Assembly: GCA_964016885.1 (NCBI GenBank)
Contig: OZ024740.1
Location: 163,432,001 to 163,496,000 of the forward strand
Source: Eledone cirrhosa
Taxonomy: Eukaryota
Direction of reading: 5' to 3'
DNA length: 64,000 nucleotides
Part shown: piece by piece, positions 13,543 through 28,479 of the stretch
How positions within the stretch are numbered: position 1 is the stretch's first letter
Layout of the letters: every line of letters begins with the position of its first letter
Made by a program: the position numbers and the translations under genes
The notes under the pieces: generated by a model
Told to the model about the DNA's origin: nothing
What the model saw: the letters and a program-made list of their open reading frames with translations, nothing else
Database searches by the model: none

Positions 13543-14550
13543 ACTTCCTTATATTGGAAGATTGTAGTTGTCAAGAGGATTGGTCAAAATTTGTTGTAAA
13601 CACAAATAAATCTATCATGGCATTTGGTGGGAGGTAGGGGTGGCTGAACTTGCCTGTAGAACAATGAGGGAGTGAGTGGAGTCGGTCAAGCGTTGAAAGT
13701 GATATGTATACAGCAGATTCTAAGGATAGTGTATGAAAAGTCGAAAAATTGTTCTGGAGAAAATGGAGGAGGGAAGTTATAGAATAGGTAAGTCAAATGA
13801 GAGTAGGAGACAATAAAAAATAATAGAAAGAAATATAAAAAGAATATATAAAATTAGATAGTGAGAAATGAATAAAAAAAAAACAGTAGGTCTAGAAACA
13901 GCTGCTATAATTAGTAGGTGTTGCTTGTACGGCTAAATATAGAAAAGGTTAATAAGTTGAGAATGGAAAATACTAAATAAGAAATTGTAGAAGTGGGTAG
14001 TAAAAAAATATAATGCACACTTTTCAGGGGTCTAACACAGCTGCTATAAATAGTTAGTAAAGCGTATTCCTCCAATGCTATCTTACAATTACAGATTAAT
14101 AAGTTGAGAATAGAAAATACTAAATAAGAAATTTTGAAATTGTGGAATTGGAGTAGTAACAAAAATGAAACAAAATTACAGGGGTCTAACACATCTGCTA
14201 TAAATAGTTACTAAAACGTATTCGGCCAATTCTATCTTAAAATTACAGGGGTGGGGGTACTGAGGCTACAGAAGCACATTGGGCTGCATCGGGGTAGGTG
14301 AAAGGGAAAAAACAGACGAGGAAGAAGATCGGGGGTGGAAGGGAGTGATAGGATGAGACAGGGGGAAGAAGAAAACATAGAGGAAAAGAAAAGAGGTACA
14401 TCTACCTATGTAAGCTGGGGTTTCCCCTAACTTATTCGGCAAGTGGGGGTATCAGCCCTTGTCTACCCACCCGGGTCATTAGGGGGTTTAGGGCGAGGTA
14501 AGTCCTACGCAATCTGCGTTTGCATGCGGTTACCAGTTCGTCTTTCTTGG

Positions 14551-16442
14551 TTAGGAGTTGGTCCTTCGAAACAGCATTTGTAATGTTTCCTCGGAGCATA
14601 AGTTACACGGACGGTATCCTCCTGTGTAAGAGTTAGCTCTGGACAGTAAGCTCCAAATGAGATTGTAGGTTATATTATTATCTTTGAGGTCCCAGATGTG
14701 GCCCGAAAGTGTAGTGGCATGTCGCCGGGCCGGGTTTCGGAGAGTATGTCGGTGTTGGTAGAGCCGGGTCTTGAAGTCACAAGCGGTTAATCCTATATAA
14801 GCTTTGTTGGAGGTGTCCCTCTTCACGTTGCACTGGTAGATCACGTTACGTTCTAGGCATCTGTTGTTGAGGGGGCACGTAGATCTATCAGGGCAGTTAC
14901 ACCTCCTGGTCTGCTCTCCACTGATGTCCAGGTTGTTTCTTCCATAGGGGTTGAGTTTTTTGTTGTTTAAGGAGATGATGTTTTGTGCGAAGTTAGGTGT
15001 GGTGCTGTAGGAGAGTTTGATGGTGTTTTTGTTGATTATGTTGTGGTAGCGGTGTTGTAATGGGAAGTGTTTTTCGAGGAGCCTAAAGAAGGTTTTCCCG
15101 ATAGGTGTTGTCACCTCGGCATTATGGGGAGGATTGAACCACGTTACGCTGCGTGAGCGACGTGTCGCCTGCTGGTTCCGCTAAGGGAAGCTGGATAAAA
15201 GGATATTTCCTCCTGGAAGCCACCCCACTTGAGGGCCTGGTTGTAATGAGGCGCATGTTCGTCGAATATCTGCTCATTAGCGGACAAACGAGATATGCGG
15301 AGGGAGATGTTTTTAACCAGGTTATTGGTAATGTTTCTAGGATGGTTAGAGCGGCGGTGGATGTAGTGCAGTTTGTCGTTTGGTTTCCTGTATGGGTAGT
15401 ACAGATAATTTTCGAGGTTAAGGGTAACGTCCAGGAAATTGACTCGAGTTAGGGACGTTTGTAGGGTGATTTTAAATCCCCAGTCCCGGAAGAAGTTGAT
15501 TAGTTGTTTACGGACCTGGTCTGTACTACTGAGGTTGTACCCTTTGAGGATGAGGGCCCCATCATCTCGGTACAATCCACCGCCCAATGCAGGAAACATT
15601 TCGGTGAGTTTAATTAGTAAGAATAATCCTATAAGATCTGTGACCTCAGCCGAATCCGTCGCGCCCATACTGACATCGAAGGGGGAGTCGGGAGTTCTCT
15701 TTATCCACTTGGTGTTGTCGAAAAGTAGGACTGTCTTCCTGGCGTGGAGAATGATATTCTTTCCTGGTCAGTGATAGGCGTGAGTGTTTCGGCAAAGTCC
15801 AAGGTGGCCGTAAGGAGCGGTAAGGTAATAGATGCATAGTAACACTCTCTGTCAAACTGGATGAATTTTGTGTCTCGTTTGTCATCCATATTCCTGAACC
15901 ATGAGATTACTTCTTGGGTGCTGACCCATATGCTAAGTCTCGCGTTTTGCTTAACTTTTGGTATAACGCGGTCTAGGATTTTTTTTACTGAATCTCCCTA
16001 TGTCCGACTTCGTTTGGTTTATAAGCCTGATGGATGGTTTGCGGTCGAAGTCGGATTTGTGGTCCTTCAGTGTGAAGTAGGGAGTCCATGAGTCTAGGGG
16101 TTCAGTGCGGTCGGTGACCCCGAGGCTGGAGGTAATTTGTTGTCCATCTCGATTTATGTCCTTGATAATTGAATGGTTAGCCTTTTTATAGGTGGAGTTT
16201 TGGCTGCTCCTGATCCGTGTGTGGTATCTGTCAGGGTTGACGAAGTAGCGGTTTCCAGTTTTGTCCGAGTACACCATGATGTTGTTGGTGTTTTCATACT
16301 CTGTTATTTTGCTACGGAGTTGTTGTGGGAATCTGTTGTGTCTGGGTTTGAATTTAATACTCTTGACCAGGTGGAAAAGGTCGTCCTCGAAGGGTGAGAG
16401 CATAGGGTTCGGAGGTGGAGATTTGTAGGTATTGAATCTGAA

Positions 16443-16446
<4 letters not shown>
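14551..16446 (-). pseudogene. PLE reverse transcriptase plus GIY-YIG endonuclease, frameshifted
   Basis: ORF pieces 15951-16446, 15701-15889, 15144-15668 (MGATDSAE..GLYRDDG..VNFLDVTL..SNHP) and 14551-15114 (CNC..CPL..NVIYQC..AYIGLT..FKTR..CNLC). Confidence 0.92.
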
Positions 16447-16516
<70 letters not shown>

Positions 16517-17250
16517 GAAGAGAGAAATAGAGAGAAAGAGGAGGCAACAACCTTGATTAAGAATACCAACCAAATGACCGTAAGCAAATACCTCAGATGG
16601 GCATTTAGCATACTAAATACACTAACGGTAGGGTCTGATATATGTAATGAAGTGATCTAAAAACTTTCGATTCATTTTGAATATCGATTAATTTTGAATA
16701 AACAAAAACTGCTTGTAGGGGTGTTTAAAATCTAAACTCAAACCAGTAAACAAGGGAGATAACACCAATAAAGTCAACCGGTGAACATCGCAGAGTAATG
16801 GGATAGCTAGCAGAGAACTAAGACTGGTGTCTGTTAACTGTTACCTCGTTTTGATTCCCCGTAAGTCGCTAATATCCTTTTGTAAGACTGAAACGTGAAG
16901 GTAAGCAATTCAAGTCATTTAAGTTAATTAAGCATATTAACTGTTGGTGTATACCTCTGATCACGAAAGACCATCTTGTTTATCTCCCGTGAACTAAATA
17001 ATTATCCCTTTAATATACCATTGGATAAAATCTTATAGAGACACACAAACACACACACACAACTTTCCGGTTTCACAAGGATAAAAGGGGTGGAGAAATA
17101 ATAATTAACTCCGTACTCGCACCACCAACTACACAAACGAAGACGGGTGAGTTGCATTACGTTGAGTACTCTCCATAATATTACATCGAGGTTGACCATA
17201 CGGAAAGACTAGTTCTATCCAGTGGTGAACCAACAAACCTAAATAAATAA

Positions 17251-17260
<10 letters not shown>

Positions 17261-17346
<86 letters not shown>

Positions 17347-17361
17347 ATATGTGTGTGTGTG
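17261..17361. repeat. (TG)n microsatellite
   Basis: Seen directly. Confidence 0.95.
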
Positions 17362-17949
17362 TAATTTCTTGCCGTACGAAATATTAGTTTTGCATCTCAA
17401 ATTTACGTGGCATCTCCCTAGCCAATCCATCTCGTTTGCACAAGCTCGAAAAGTTTAGAAAGATATTATTAAAACTTTCCAAGTCACACCACACTCATTG
17501 CACCACTCTCAAAATGCCTATATGTAGCCACTCGACATGCTACGTATATCTACCAAATCTCCCTCGAATCACAGTTTACCTTCTTAAACAAGTCAGAAAA
17601 TGTTAGATATATATTACGTGAAAAGAGTGAGGCTGTAGCGCCTTTTATCAAAGGTCTGCTCAATCAGTGCGATCAACTACTAACACACTATTCACAAACA
17701 TTACATTTAAAATACATGACTTGCTTCCACATAATATCCTTATATGCACCCTTCTAAGTTCCATTGACCAGCAAAGCTCTTCACTCCATTCTCTGTTTAC
17801 CATTTATACACAAAATATTCAACAGAAACAACGCAAATTATTGTTTTGTAAACTACTTCTCGTTTGACAAAAGCACATCTAGAATCTACAATTTCTCATA
17901 TGAATTACAATAATGATCTCTTCTTTGCTATACTTCCTTTAACCTGTAA

Positions 17950-18600
17950 CTACTCGACTTTCCTATATCTCTGAAAATACACACACATAGGTTTGTACGT
18001 AAATGACATCCCAAACATATCTTCCTTCCACACAGACACCCACTCTCACTGTAACATAATCGCACAACTTTTTACAAGCTTATTTGAATCACCGAGAAAC
18101 CTGGTTTCAAAACATAGATTTAAAGTATCACCTATCAAATGTATCATTTATATTCTAACCAAAGATTATAAATTCCAACCAAACATCATATTCAACAACG
18201 CAAAAACACCTCATAAACGGAAATAAAAATTGCTAGGAGATACAGACAACACCTCCATAACAGTTATAGAACACGTAGTAAAGAAAGAAACACGACTCAC
18301 AAACACATTTACAGTAATCACCGGCTCCACATCTGGCCAATACAGAGAAATAAAAGGCAATATACAAATAATACATTCGATGTTGGATTATGCCATTTCT
18401 GTCAGGGTCTCAATTCCTCCCATAACATATAACAAACTACAAAGAACACGAAATAACACACTTCACATCATTACACGCTACGGGGAGATAACATCCACAG
18501 ATCACATGTTTAACGAAACAAAGGTACCTAAAAACAAAAAAGCCACCTAACAAAAAGATGAACACAGTTTGTTATCGCAGCAAGTTCCAACCCTCACACT
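17950..18600 (+). mobile_element. Degenerate LINE RT C-terminal relic (I/Jockey group-like)
   Basis: LYVNDIP..; MLDYA..YNKLQRTRNNTLHIIT..TDHMFNETKV resembles the LDYA..KLQ..QN.ALR..T..HLH.ETK pattern of these LINEs. Confidence 0.6.
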
Positions 18601-19827
18601 CCCTAACACTAGCACAATCACGCCCGAACAAACAGACACAGTTACAGCTCTCCATATCACTACTTCGATAGCATCCTAAGAAGAGTATTCTCTAAACACA
18701 AACAAATCACACTAAAACACATACACATAAAATTGCAGCAGCACAAATAGCCCCATTAAGCTCAAATGCTGCACTTGTATGTACAGGATATATAATAAAT
18801 ATAGACAGGTAACAGTTTTCACGTTCCTTTGACTCAGCTGTTGCCACCACCATAATCTGCAAATAGTGGAGTGGGTACAACATGCTCAAAACGTCACCTC
18901 ATAGAAATAACTGTGTTCAAATGTGAAATGTGGCCTTAACTACATGAAGATATCACATATTCAGAGCTTAAAACTTTTGTATCTCATTTAGTCATTCGGC
19001 TGTCTACCTACTTGTTACAGGTCTGATGATCAAGGCTGACATAAGGCTAAACAACATCTACTGCTGCTTCTGCTGCTTCAAATTATCATCACGTTTAACA
19101 TTTTTTTCTCATTAACGAATAAACGTTTTAAAATACGAAAATAAGTTTCAAAGTGACAAAATGTATCTTATAATCATATAAATAGTAAAAGTTTGTATTT
19201 TATTTTTTTTAGAAATATGAAGGAAAGCTATAAAGACTGAGGCGCGTGAGAGAAAGATGATGTTTGTATTGATCTGTGTGTGACGGAATTTGTGTGGGAG
19301 TTACAAGAAATGGAAATATATGAAATGGGAAATGTTTAGTATTTAATCTCACTAACAGCTTCGATTGTTTCAATTTAACATGACATTTATAAGTCTATGA
19401 CTTTCATAAGCTGATGATGGGGTGGGAGAATGCGATAATCTAAGTGAAAACGAAAGACATTTTAAAATTGCTTTAATATATTCATATTTTTTAAAAAGTT
19501 GTTTCTTTTCTTATCTATTCAATGACGTCTTACACTGAAGTTCATACAATTCAGGTACAGTATAGTGCAGTATGTGAATATGCTCGCTGTATTCAATTGA
19601 AGCATTCTACATTCAATTTATGCTGTGCATAGTAAAATGTTTAGTTTATGATAACTGAAATATTGTGTATGCTTTTCGTCTATTTTCTCTGTTTTCTTTT
19701 ACCTCTCATACTGCTGTTATTATAGGGTCACGTTTAGAGTGCTTCAGAAACGGTAAAGTACTGGAACAAATGTCTTTAATCCCTTTGGCGATGCTAAAAT
19801 GCAAACGTACTAATGATCTAATATTGC

Positions 19828-19991
19828 CAGACCTGCCAACCTCTAAAAGCCCAAACGGGGAGTACCATGAAAAGAAGGGTAAAAAACGGGGAGAAATGAA
19901 AGCTATACCCATTTTCATAAGCGAAGATATCTCTCACCCACCCCAAAGGCTACTGCAAAACTTCGTCGGATGAGGGGAATTGACAAGTTTG
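19828..19991. mobile_element. MITE, second copy of the 7096 family
   Basis: CAGACCTGCCAACCTCTAAAAGCCC...TTGACAAGTTTG; homologous to 7096-7288. Confidence 0.65.
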
Positions 19992-21403
19992 GCAGTTGCT
20001 GCAATAAATTATATCTATTATTGTCTCATTATGAGGATCAGGCAGTAGAGTGGTTGAAACTGTAGTAATTGTGAATGGAATGCAATATTTAATTTTGTCT
20101 CTCCACGTTCTGAGTTCAACTACCAACGAAGTCGAACGTTTTATTTCCTCGGAGTCGATAAAATAAACATCAGTTACATATTGAGGTCACTATGATCCAT
20201 TATATATGAGAATTGTGTTATTGTACAAAATCATTATTAAGTGGATGGGGGGATGAAGAGTGGTGGACTGGCAGAATCATTAATATGTTAGATTAAATAC
20301 TTTGTAGTATTGTGTTACGGCTCTATACTTTCTGAGTTCAAATTCTAGCGACGTTAACTTTGCCTTTCATCCTTCCGACGCTTTACTTCTCTGTTATAAC
20401 TCATCTTCACTTTCTTATATGTTTGCTCAGATATATATTCCGTGCCCGTTACACCACCTGTTTTTTATTCTGATTTGGCAGTGTTTGCATATAACCACAG
20501 GGAAAATAACTCAATCGATTATATAGATTTTTTTAACCGTTTAGTCAGGGTGGGAACGGTAGTGTCCATAACGATTTATATTTTCAATAGCTCCGTGACT
20601 TGTGAGAGGAAGGGAGGAAGTAATCATCAAACAGGAGAACTGGCTCAAATACTTGCAACACGCTGAACTGCGCTCAAGATACCTAAGGACTATGCGGTGG
20701 TATTAAACCGGGCGAATGTTTAAGTCTACTACCCCAAAAATCAAAAATCGGAACATAAGTAGGCTGAACAAATACAGTACTCCGTGTAATTCTTTTTTTG
20801 TTGTTTAAATAGTTTAGTTCAGAGAAGGAAGGGCAGCCCCCATAAACAGTTTGGAGGCATCTGCGACTAGTGCGATGAAGTTATCCTCAGAACAAATACC
20901 TACCCCGAATATTCGCAATAAAATAGTATCAGCTAAAGGCACCCAAGGGCTAGATTGCAGTGTTAAATCAGGCGACAGGTTAAACCAACCAACGAACAAC
21001 TGTTTAAAATGATCATATATTGGTCATATTCTGGCATAATATAGCCACTTGTCTCTTAATGTTCACTGCACATTTAATATTTAGTATTTCCTATTTGTTT
21101 CATTAAACTTTTCATGCAGATTCTCAACCTGTAATTCTATTTTAAAATCAGAAGTACTTAGCAATAATTGACAGCCTAAGAAATTTGCGACTTGTACTGG
21201 CCTGGGACTGATCTATGTTTTCCAGCAATTCATGGATTTATAGTTTCATTTATTTTAGGTGATCTTTTTTCCATTTTCCATTTTGTCATTTTTCTTCATC
21301 ATAAGGTCTCTTTAGAACCTCGGTCTCATTGTCACATTTTATAAAATATTTATTTTGTTTCTATATGTATATATAAAAACTACTATACCATACCATACCA
21401 TAC

Positions 21404-22508
<1,105 letters not shown>

Positions 22509-22510
<2 letters not shown>

Positions 22511-22823
22511 CGAAGGAGTTGTGGTAAGGAACCAGATGGACCATAACGCAGATTTCACTTTCAACGCTTGACCGGCTCCACCTACTCCCTCATTGTTCTA
22601 CAGACAAGTTCACCCACCCCTACCTCCCACCCACTGCCATGATAGACTTAATTGTGTTTACAAGAAATGTTGATCAATCCTCTTAACAACTACAATCTTC
22701 CCATATGAGGAATTACCCCTTGAAAAGTTTGGCTATTTATTTACCACGCTAAATATTCTAATTTAGTCCAGAAATAGCCGTGGAAACGGCTTGAGCTCTG
22801 CCGTCGGGGTCATACATTTTCCT
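22509..22823. mobile_element. Solo PLE pseudo-LTR with internal inversion
   Basis: 22509-22549 matches 13354-13394 in the same orientation; about 22551-22823 matches about 13431-13700 inverted; (TA)n on both sides. Confidence 0.85.
22715..22810 (+). ncRNA. Hammerhead ribozyme, U3-A8 core variant
   Basis: ACCCC-TTGAAAA-GTTTGGCTATTT...AAATAGCCGTG-GAAA-CGGC..GCCG-TC-GGGGT; perfect stem I ACCCC/GGGGT. Confidence 0.7.
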
Positions 22824-22924
22824 ATATATATATATATATATTGTTATACTTGGGGAGGGTCATATTGTTGTAATAATATTGCCAGAAATAATAACAGAAC
22901 ATAGATGTATACAGATATGTATTG

Positions 22925-23192
22925 GAATTTCGTATTTCTAAAGAAATACGGTATGTTTATAAATAAATATATAGAAAGCCGTAGCTATGCAAAAACACCA
23001 TCGGCTATCGCCACATGGCGGTGTCCAGTAAGGGGGACGATCTTTGATGCATTTCGAACTGAACTGGTCTTGCAACTGCTGGATTTGAAAACAGGCGAGA
23101 ATATATAGTTTTCTCATCTGTGTAAATGAGGTGATTAATCCCATAAATCTTTATTTATAAACATACCGTATTTATTTAGAAATACAAAATTC
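22925..23192. repeat. 43-bp inverted repeat enclosing about 180 bp
   Basis: 22925-22967 GAATTTCGTATTTCTAAAGAAATACGGTATGTTTATAAATAAA versus reverse complement at 23150-23192 (2 mismatches). Confidence 0.85.
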
Positions 23193-23260
23193 ATATATAT
23201 ATATATATATGGGGGGGGCGTGTGTGTGTGTGAGTGTGTGTGTGTATATACACATACACA

Positions 23261-23441
23261 GGTCACTCTCGAGCACTACTGGTAACATGTAACACAGAAC
23301 AACCTGCTGCATCGTCGGGTCGTTCGTGACAAAGCCGATAACCCCATCAAGTATACTTCGTCAGGAGGGTGATCTTGGACATCCTGCAGGATGAAAAGCA
23401 AAACTCGCCAAAGGGCGGAGCAACTCACGAGAGCCATCCAA
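23261..23441 (+). mobile_element. 5' module of an RTE-derived short element
   Basis: Homologous to 59443-59630 (+) and 35195-35385 (-). Confidence 0.7.
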
Positions 23442-23649
23442 GAGTGTGTATATATGTATATAATTCTGTGTGACTGAGACTATAACTGGGTTTATTTATT
23501 TTTTGTTTATTTACTTTTTAAAATCTATCTTTTAACTTTTATCTTCTAACTCCTTTAACTTTTAATTCTTTTATATTTTTAACTTCCAAACTTTTTTCAT
23601 CTTTTAACTTTTAACTTCTTTTTATTTTTCATTTATTTAGTTGTTCATC

Positions 23650-26600
23650 TTTTCGAACACCTGGCCTTTACGTGTGGATTCGCCAGGTGAAGGGACGGGG
23701 ATAGGTCCTGGTGCCTTAAAACCAATGCTTGATCAAAGCAAACATCAATTGATCTAGGACCTGGTCTGCTTTTGACACGTGGGACATCGTGCACCAGTAC
23801 AGTTCTGACCAGTACAAGAAAAATCTACTATGATCAATTTTACAGTGCAGGTCGTTCAATGGAAGGAAAAAACGTAAACCCTATGGAGATGAAGTGATGG
23901 TGAAGAAGACTGGTGGAGAATGTCACTGGAGGTCTCTAGCCTGAACTTTGCATGTATGGAGGTAAGAAGTAGATGGCTGTTCTGAGAAACACCCCCGAAC
24001 AATTTCATAGTCCATATCCTCTTCTTAACTACAAAACAGCCCTATCTAGGATGGCACTGCTTTTCCGGAAATGAGGGGAAGCTAGAAAAGGTGCCCTAAA
24101 AATGGTTTGCTCACTTAATCCTGTCACCATGCTGCAGGTGACTAGACGTCCATTTTTTCATTCGAAACAATACTAGAAATAATTCAAACTCCAGAAATGA
24201 AAGAAAGAAAATGTATATGGTGACTTGGAATGTATGTAGGTTGCAAGACCACAGGAAACAACCTGAGCGGAGAACAGCCATTGTTGTACGTGATTTGAAG
24301 GGAAAAACGCATTGATATGACTACCTTGTCGGAAGCAAGACTTCTAAGCTCTGGTCACCTTAATGAAATACGAGTTGGTTACACCTTTTGGGTTGGCAAA
24401 CCTGAAACTGAAAAACGAGAATTTGGAGTAGGCTTTGCCATTAGAACTGGCATTGCAATCAACCTTGAACCATTGCCAACTGGCATAAATGAGCCTCCTC
24501 TACATTTACTACTCCCACAAACATATCGCCTCGAACTTTTCTGAGACAATCAAAATTTGATCTTCGTGAACTATTAAACCGTGTGCCAAGATATGACGGA
24601 ATTATACTCCAGGGTGATTTCAATGTCCACGTTGGTGCAGATCATTTTAACTGGAAAAATTGTCTCGGTAAACGCGACATAGGTAAAGTCAATTCAAACG
24701 GAATTTCTTTGCTTTCCTTGAGTAGTGAATTTAGTCTCTTTATAACAAACACCTTATTTCAACAGGCCAATAAACCAACTGGAGGCTCCCTAGATCAGGT
24801 CATGGGCATATGTTCGTCTATATTATGGTGCGCAGCCACGGTAAAAGTGACGTCATACTAACACGAGCCTTTCCATCAACGGAGTGTTTGTCAGACCATC
24901 CTTTAGTGGGAAGTTGAATGAAAATGAAGCTAAAGCCAGCAGTTAAACATAACCGGAAACAATTCCCAAATAAATTGAACATCGTTAAGTTCAAAACTGG
25001 TACGACAAGAAACTTTTTAGTTAATACTTTAAACAAAAATCTTCAGAACATAAATATCACGGGTAATATTGAGGAATCATGGACCCAGTTGAGAGATAAA
25101 ATCTATATCTTCGAAGGAGGTTCTTGGCTTTTTCAAAATGGAAGAACCAAGACTGGTTTGATGAAAATGATGAAATCATAAATGTGAAACTTCAAGAAAT
25201 ACACGGGCTTCACAAGAAATGGATAGCGGACAAAATTAATTCTCAAAAGAAAAAAAACATTCTTAAGTGACAAAAAAAAAGAAACACAATTCAAGCAAAG
25301 CTACGCAAAATGATGTAAGAATGGTGGGGGAGGGGTTGAAAAAGCGAAAGCTCTTCAGAAATCTTTTGACAAGCATGTCATGAAGTCTTTTTATCGACAT
25401 TTGAAGGGTGTGTTTAGATCAAATGATGGATGCTCTTCCATTCTATTAGTTAATGACGATCTATTGGCAATTAGGCAGGATATAATAAAGCGTTGGGCGG
25501 ACCAAGTACTCAACAGGGAATCAAACGCTGGTACAAATGTGATAGAAAACCTCCCCAGAGACCAATTATGGATTCTCTTGCAAATACACCATCCACAGCA
25601 GATGTGAAGGCAGATATTAAACAACTGACAAATAGAAACGCTTCTGGAGTGGATGGCATACCTGGAAATATTTTTAAGTGTTTAGGCAATGGTCTGATAC
25701 AGAAAGTCACTGAATTTGCTGTGCAGATCTGGAACTCTGGATCCGTTCCCCAATAGTTTAAGGATTCCATCATTATTCATCTGTACAAACACAAACACAA
25801 TAAGTATGATAACCACTGAGGCATATCATTATTTTGCATTGCAGGAAAACCTACTTGCGCGAGTCATGCTGAATAGAATCAATGAGAAATTGGTGCCTAA
25901 TGAGAAATTGGTGCCTTGAAAGTCAATGTGGCTTTAGGTCAGGCTGTGGAATTGTACATATGATCTTCAGTTTGTGGCAGGTACAAGAAAAGTCTTGTGA
26001 GCATGACAAGGATGCGTCTGTAGTCTTGTCGACCTTACAAAAGCATTCGGCATCATATCACTTGAGGCCTTATGGAAGGTTCTGAGAAAGTTATGTATTC
26101 CTGAGCAAATTCTCAAGGTCCTCATATCCTAACATAAAGATAAGAGAGCCTTTGTATACTCTAAGGGAGAACAATCAGAATCATGATGATAAAATGGTAG
26201 AAAGCAAGGTTGTGTATTGGCTCCAGAGCTCTTTGCCTTATTCTTCTCAGTAATGATTCAATATGCTTTCTCAGATGTTGCTGAAGGTGTCTTTTGGAAC
26301 ACTGAACTACAGGAGGTAACGCTTCAAGCAAGAACTAAAATAACATATCAAACATTATGAGATTTACTCTTTGCAGATGACTGTGAATTACATACACACA
26401 TCCTTCGAGACATGCAGTTCATTGTTGATAAGTTTGCTTCAGCAGTCCGAGCTTTCAGGCTAGCAATAAGCATAAAGAAGTCGAAACTTATGTGTCAACT
26501 AAGTCCGGGGAAATAGTTTCGAAACGCTGCCACGGATTTATGTTGAAAGCAAAATTCTGAAGACAGTCAGTAGTTTTACATACCTTGGATTAACTGTAAG

Positions 26601-27553
26601 TAATTGTTTCTACTTTTGGCACAAGGCCAGCAATTATCCAGTGTATTACTGGTACTTTATTTTAACTGTAAGTAATGATGTAAAGTTAGACAAGGAAATT
26701 GAAATACGCTTAGAAAACTTAAGTTCAGCTTTTGGTAAACTTTACGGTAGCCTATGGAACGCTCACGGTGTGTCAATTAAAGCAAAAATTGATATCTATA
26801 AAGCTGTTGTTCTTAAAACTCTCTTTTATGCAACAGAAGCCTGGACTCCCTATCGCAAACACATAAATCAAACGAAGAGTTTCCACATGAAGTGACTAAG
26901 GCATATATGTGGTGTAAAATGGGATGATAGAGTGAGGAATAGCGAAGTGCTATCGCAATGCAATATTTCTGGAATAGAAATGTTCGTGATCAAATTTGAT
27001 AATAAAAGATAAAATAATCCCAAAGCCAGTCAAGTTTGATCAACTTAAAGGTGCTCGTAGAAAGGTAGGCCGACTACTACTTCGCTATAAAGATAAACTT
27101 AGGGACAATTTGAAACGTCTGAATATGAATATTAATAACTGGGAAACGTTGCCAATAATAGGAATGAGAGGAGAAAACAATGTCATATAAAGCATGTTAA
27201 CTTTGAAGTAGAACATATTTGTCAAAACCAGCTGTATGTAAATCGAAAACAAAATTATCAACATAACCCCGTTTCTACAAACTATCATTATCTTCATTGC
27301 AATGTTTTAGATAGGTCGAATTATGGGCTAAAGAGACATCTCAGGATTCACACCCTTCCTGAAAGTTTGGAAAAGTTGATATGCCATATCTGTAACGATC
27401 CTGTAAAATACTACATGCCTGATGCTCATCAAATGGAATAATGTGGGGGAATTTTCTTTGCTGAAATCCATTAACCGATTCTTGCCCGGGAACTGCTTTT
27501 CTTTATCTTCTATTGAACACTCACAAGTCGTTTTCGACGGAAGACTCCATCAT
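23650..27553 (+). mobile_element. Near full-length degenerate RTE-clade LINE (APE endonuclease plus RT)
   Basis: TWNV..PERRTA, LSEARL, GVGFAI, GDFNVHVG, SDH (APE); ASGVDGIP, ESQCGFRSG, KQGCVLAP, LLFADD, FTYLG (RT); RTE-type 3' end TTTTCGACGGAAGACTCCATCAT; many frameshifts. Confidence 0.9.
26605..26661 (-). mobile_element. 5'-truncated SINE inserted in the RTE LINE
   Basis: SINE tail flanked by 15-bp TSD TTAACTGTAAGTAAT (26590-26604, 26662-26676). Confidence 0.9.
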
Positions 27554-27880
27554 AGATATAATATGGAATTTAGTGTTATTTTATATGAGGTATGTATTTA
27601 AAATCTTGATTTAGTTATCAAGATTTTCTGCGTAACGTGTATTTTTATAGATACCAAATTAATTTTAAAGTGTCATTATCGTCACTTTATGACTATCATT
27701 ATTGCAATTTTGTTCTCTTCAATATAATCATTATTAGTATTTATTGCTAATAGTGATTTATAATCTTGTTTTATAATTTTGTTTTATGTGACTTTTAAAA
27801 TTGTCATAAGTTTTTTTTTTTTAACTTTTCAAATTTTTTTTCAAGTCTGCTTCTATCGTTTTGCAAGGGAAGCACAAATC

Positions 27881-27909
27881 ACAGCAGCAGCAGCAGCATC
27901 AGCAGCAGC

Positions 27910-28003
<94 letters not shown>

Positions 28004-28068
28004 GCAGCAACATCAACAACAACAACAACAACAACGACAGCAGCAGCAACAACAACAACAACAACAAC
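27881..28068. repeat. (CAA/CAG)n microsatellite
   Basis: Seen directly; explains the poly-Q/T ORFs. Confidence 0.95.
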
Positions 28069-28479
28069 AGAAATAATAATAGTAATAGAAATGGTAATGC
28101 TCAGTTCAGTTAGTAAAGACTAAAGTTGCCTCTTTGATAGTTATATGAAGAAGATCGATTTTATACGAAATATGATTTTTATGAAGTTGCTAGAACAGGA
28201 TTGTATTACCAAAATGATGGAAGCTGAAAAAGTAACTCTAGTCGGTGCCCAGGTCACTGTGACATTGTGTTTCTTCTGCCTCCCTCTCTGTGCTTTCTTC
28301 GACCGCAAGTATTTCGGTTAAATGGAAACATACAGAAACCTTTCAACATTTGACTTTGAAGATGATATTCTTGTATTTTAAAATTTATCTTTATTTTCTT
28401 TGTTGCGACTAAGTTTAGAAATTAAAATTTTCGGTGTAAAAGCTTATGCTTAAAAAATTGATTGTTGGTTAACTTCACT

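Larger units (their letters stand above)
13354..16450 (-). mobile_element. Penelope-like retroelement (PLE), 5'-truncated, with 3' UTR and pseudo-LTR, flanked by (TA)n
   Basis: RT and GIY-YIG fragments in order, followed by a terminal unit containing an HHR that also occurs solo at 22509 and 53600. Confidence 0.9.

Noticed and set aside
20816-20978. Possible host exon on the plus strand (AG..FREGRAAPINS..GDR|GT)
   Set aside because: Short open frame with weak splice signals, no recognisable protein and no partner exons.
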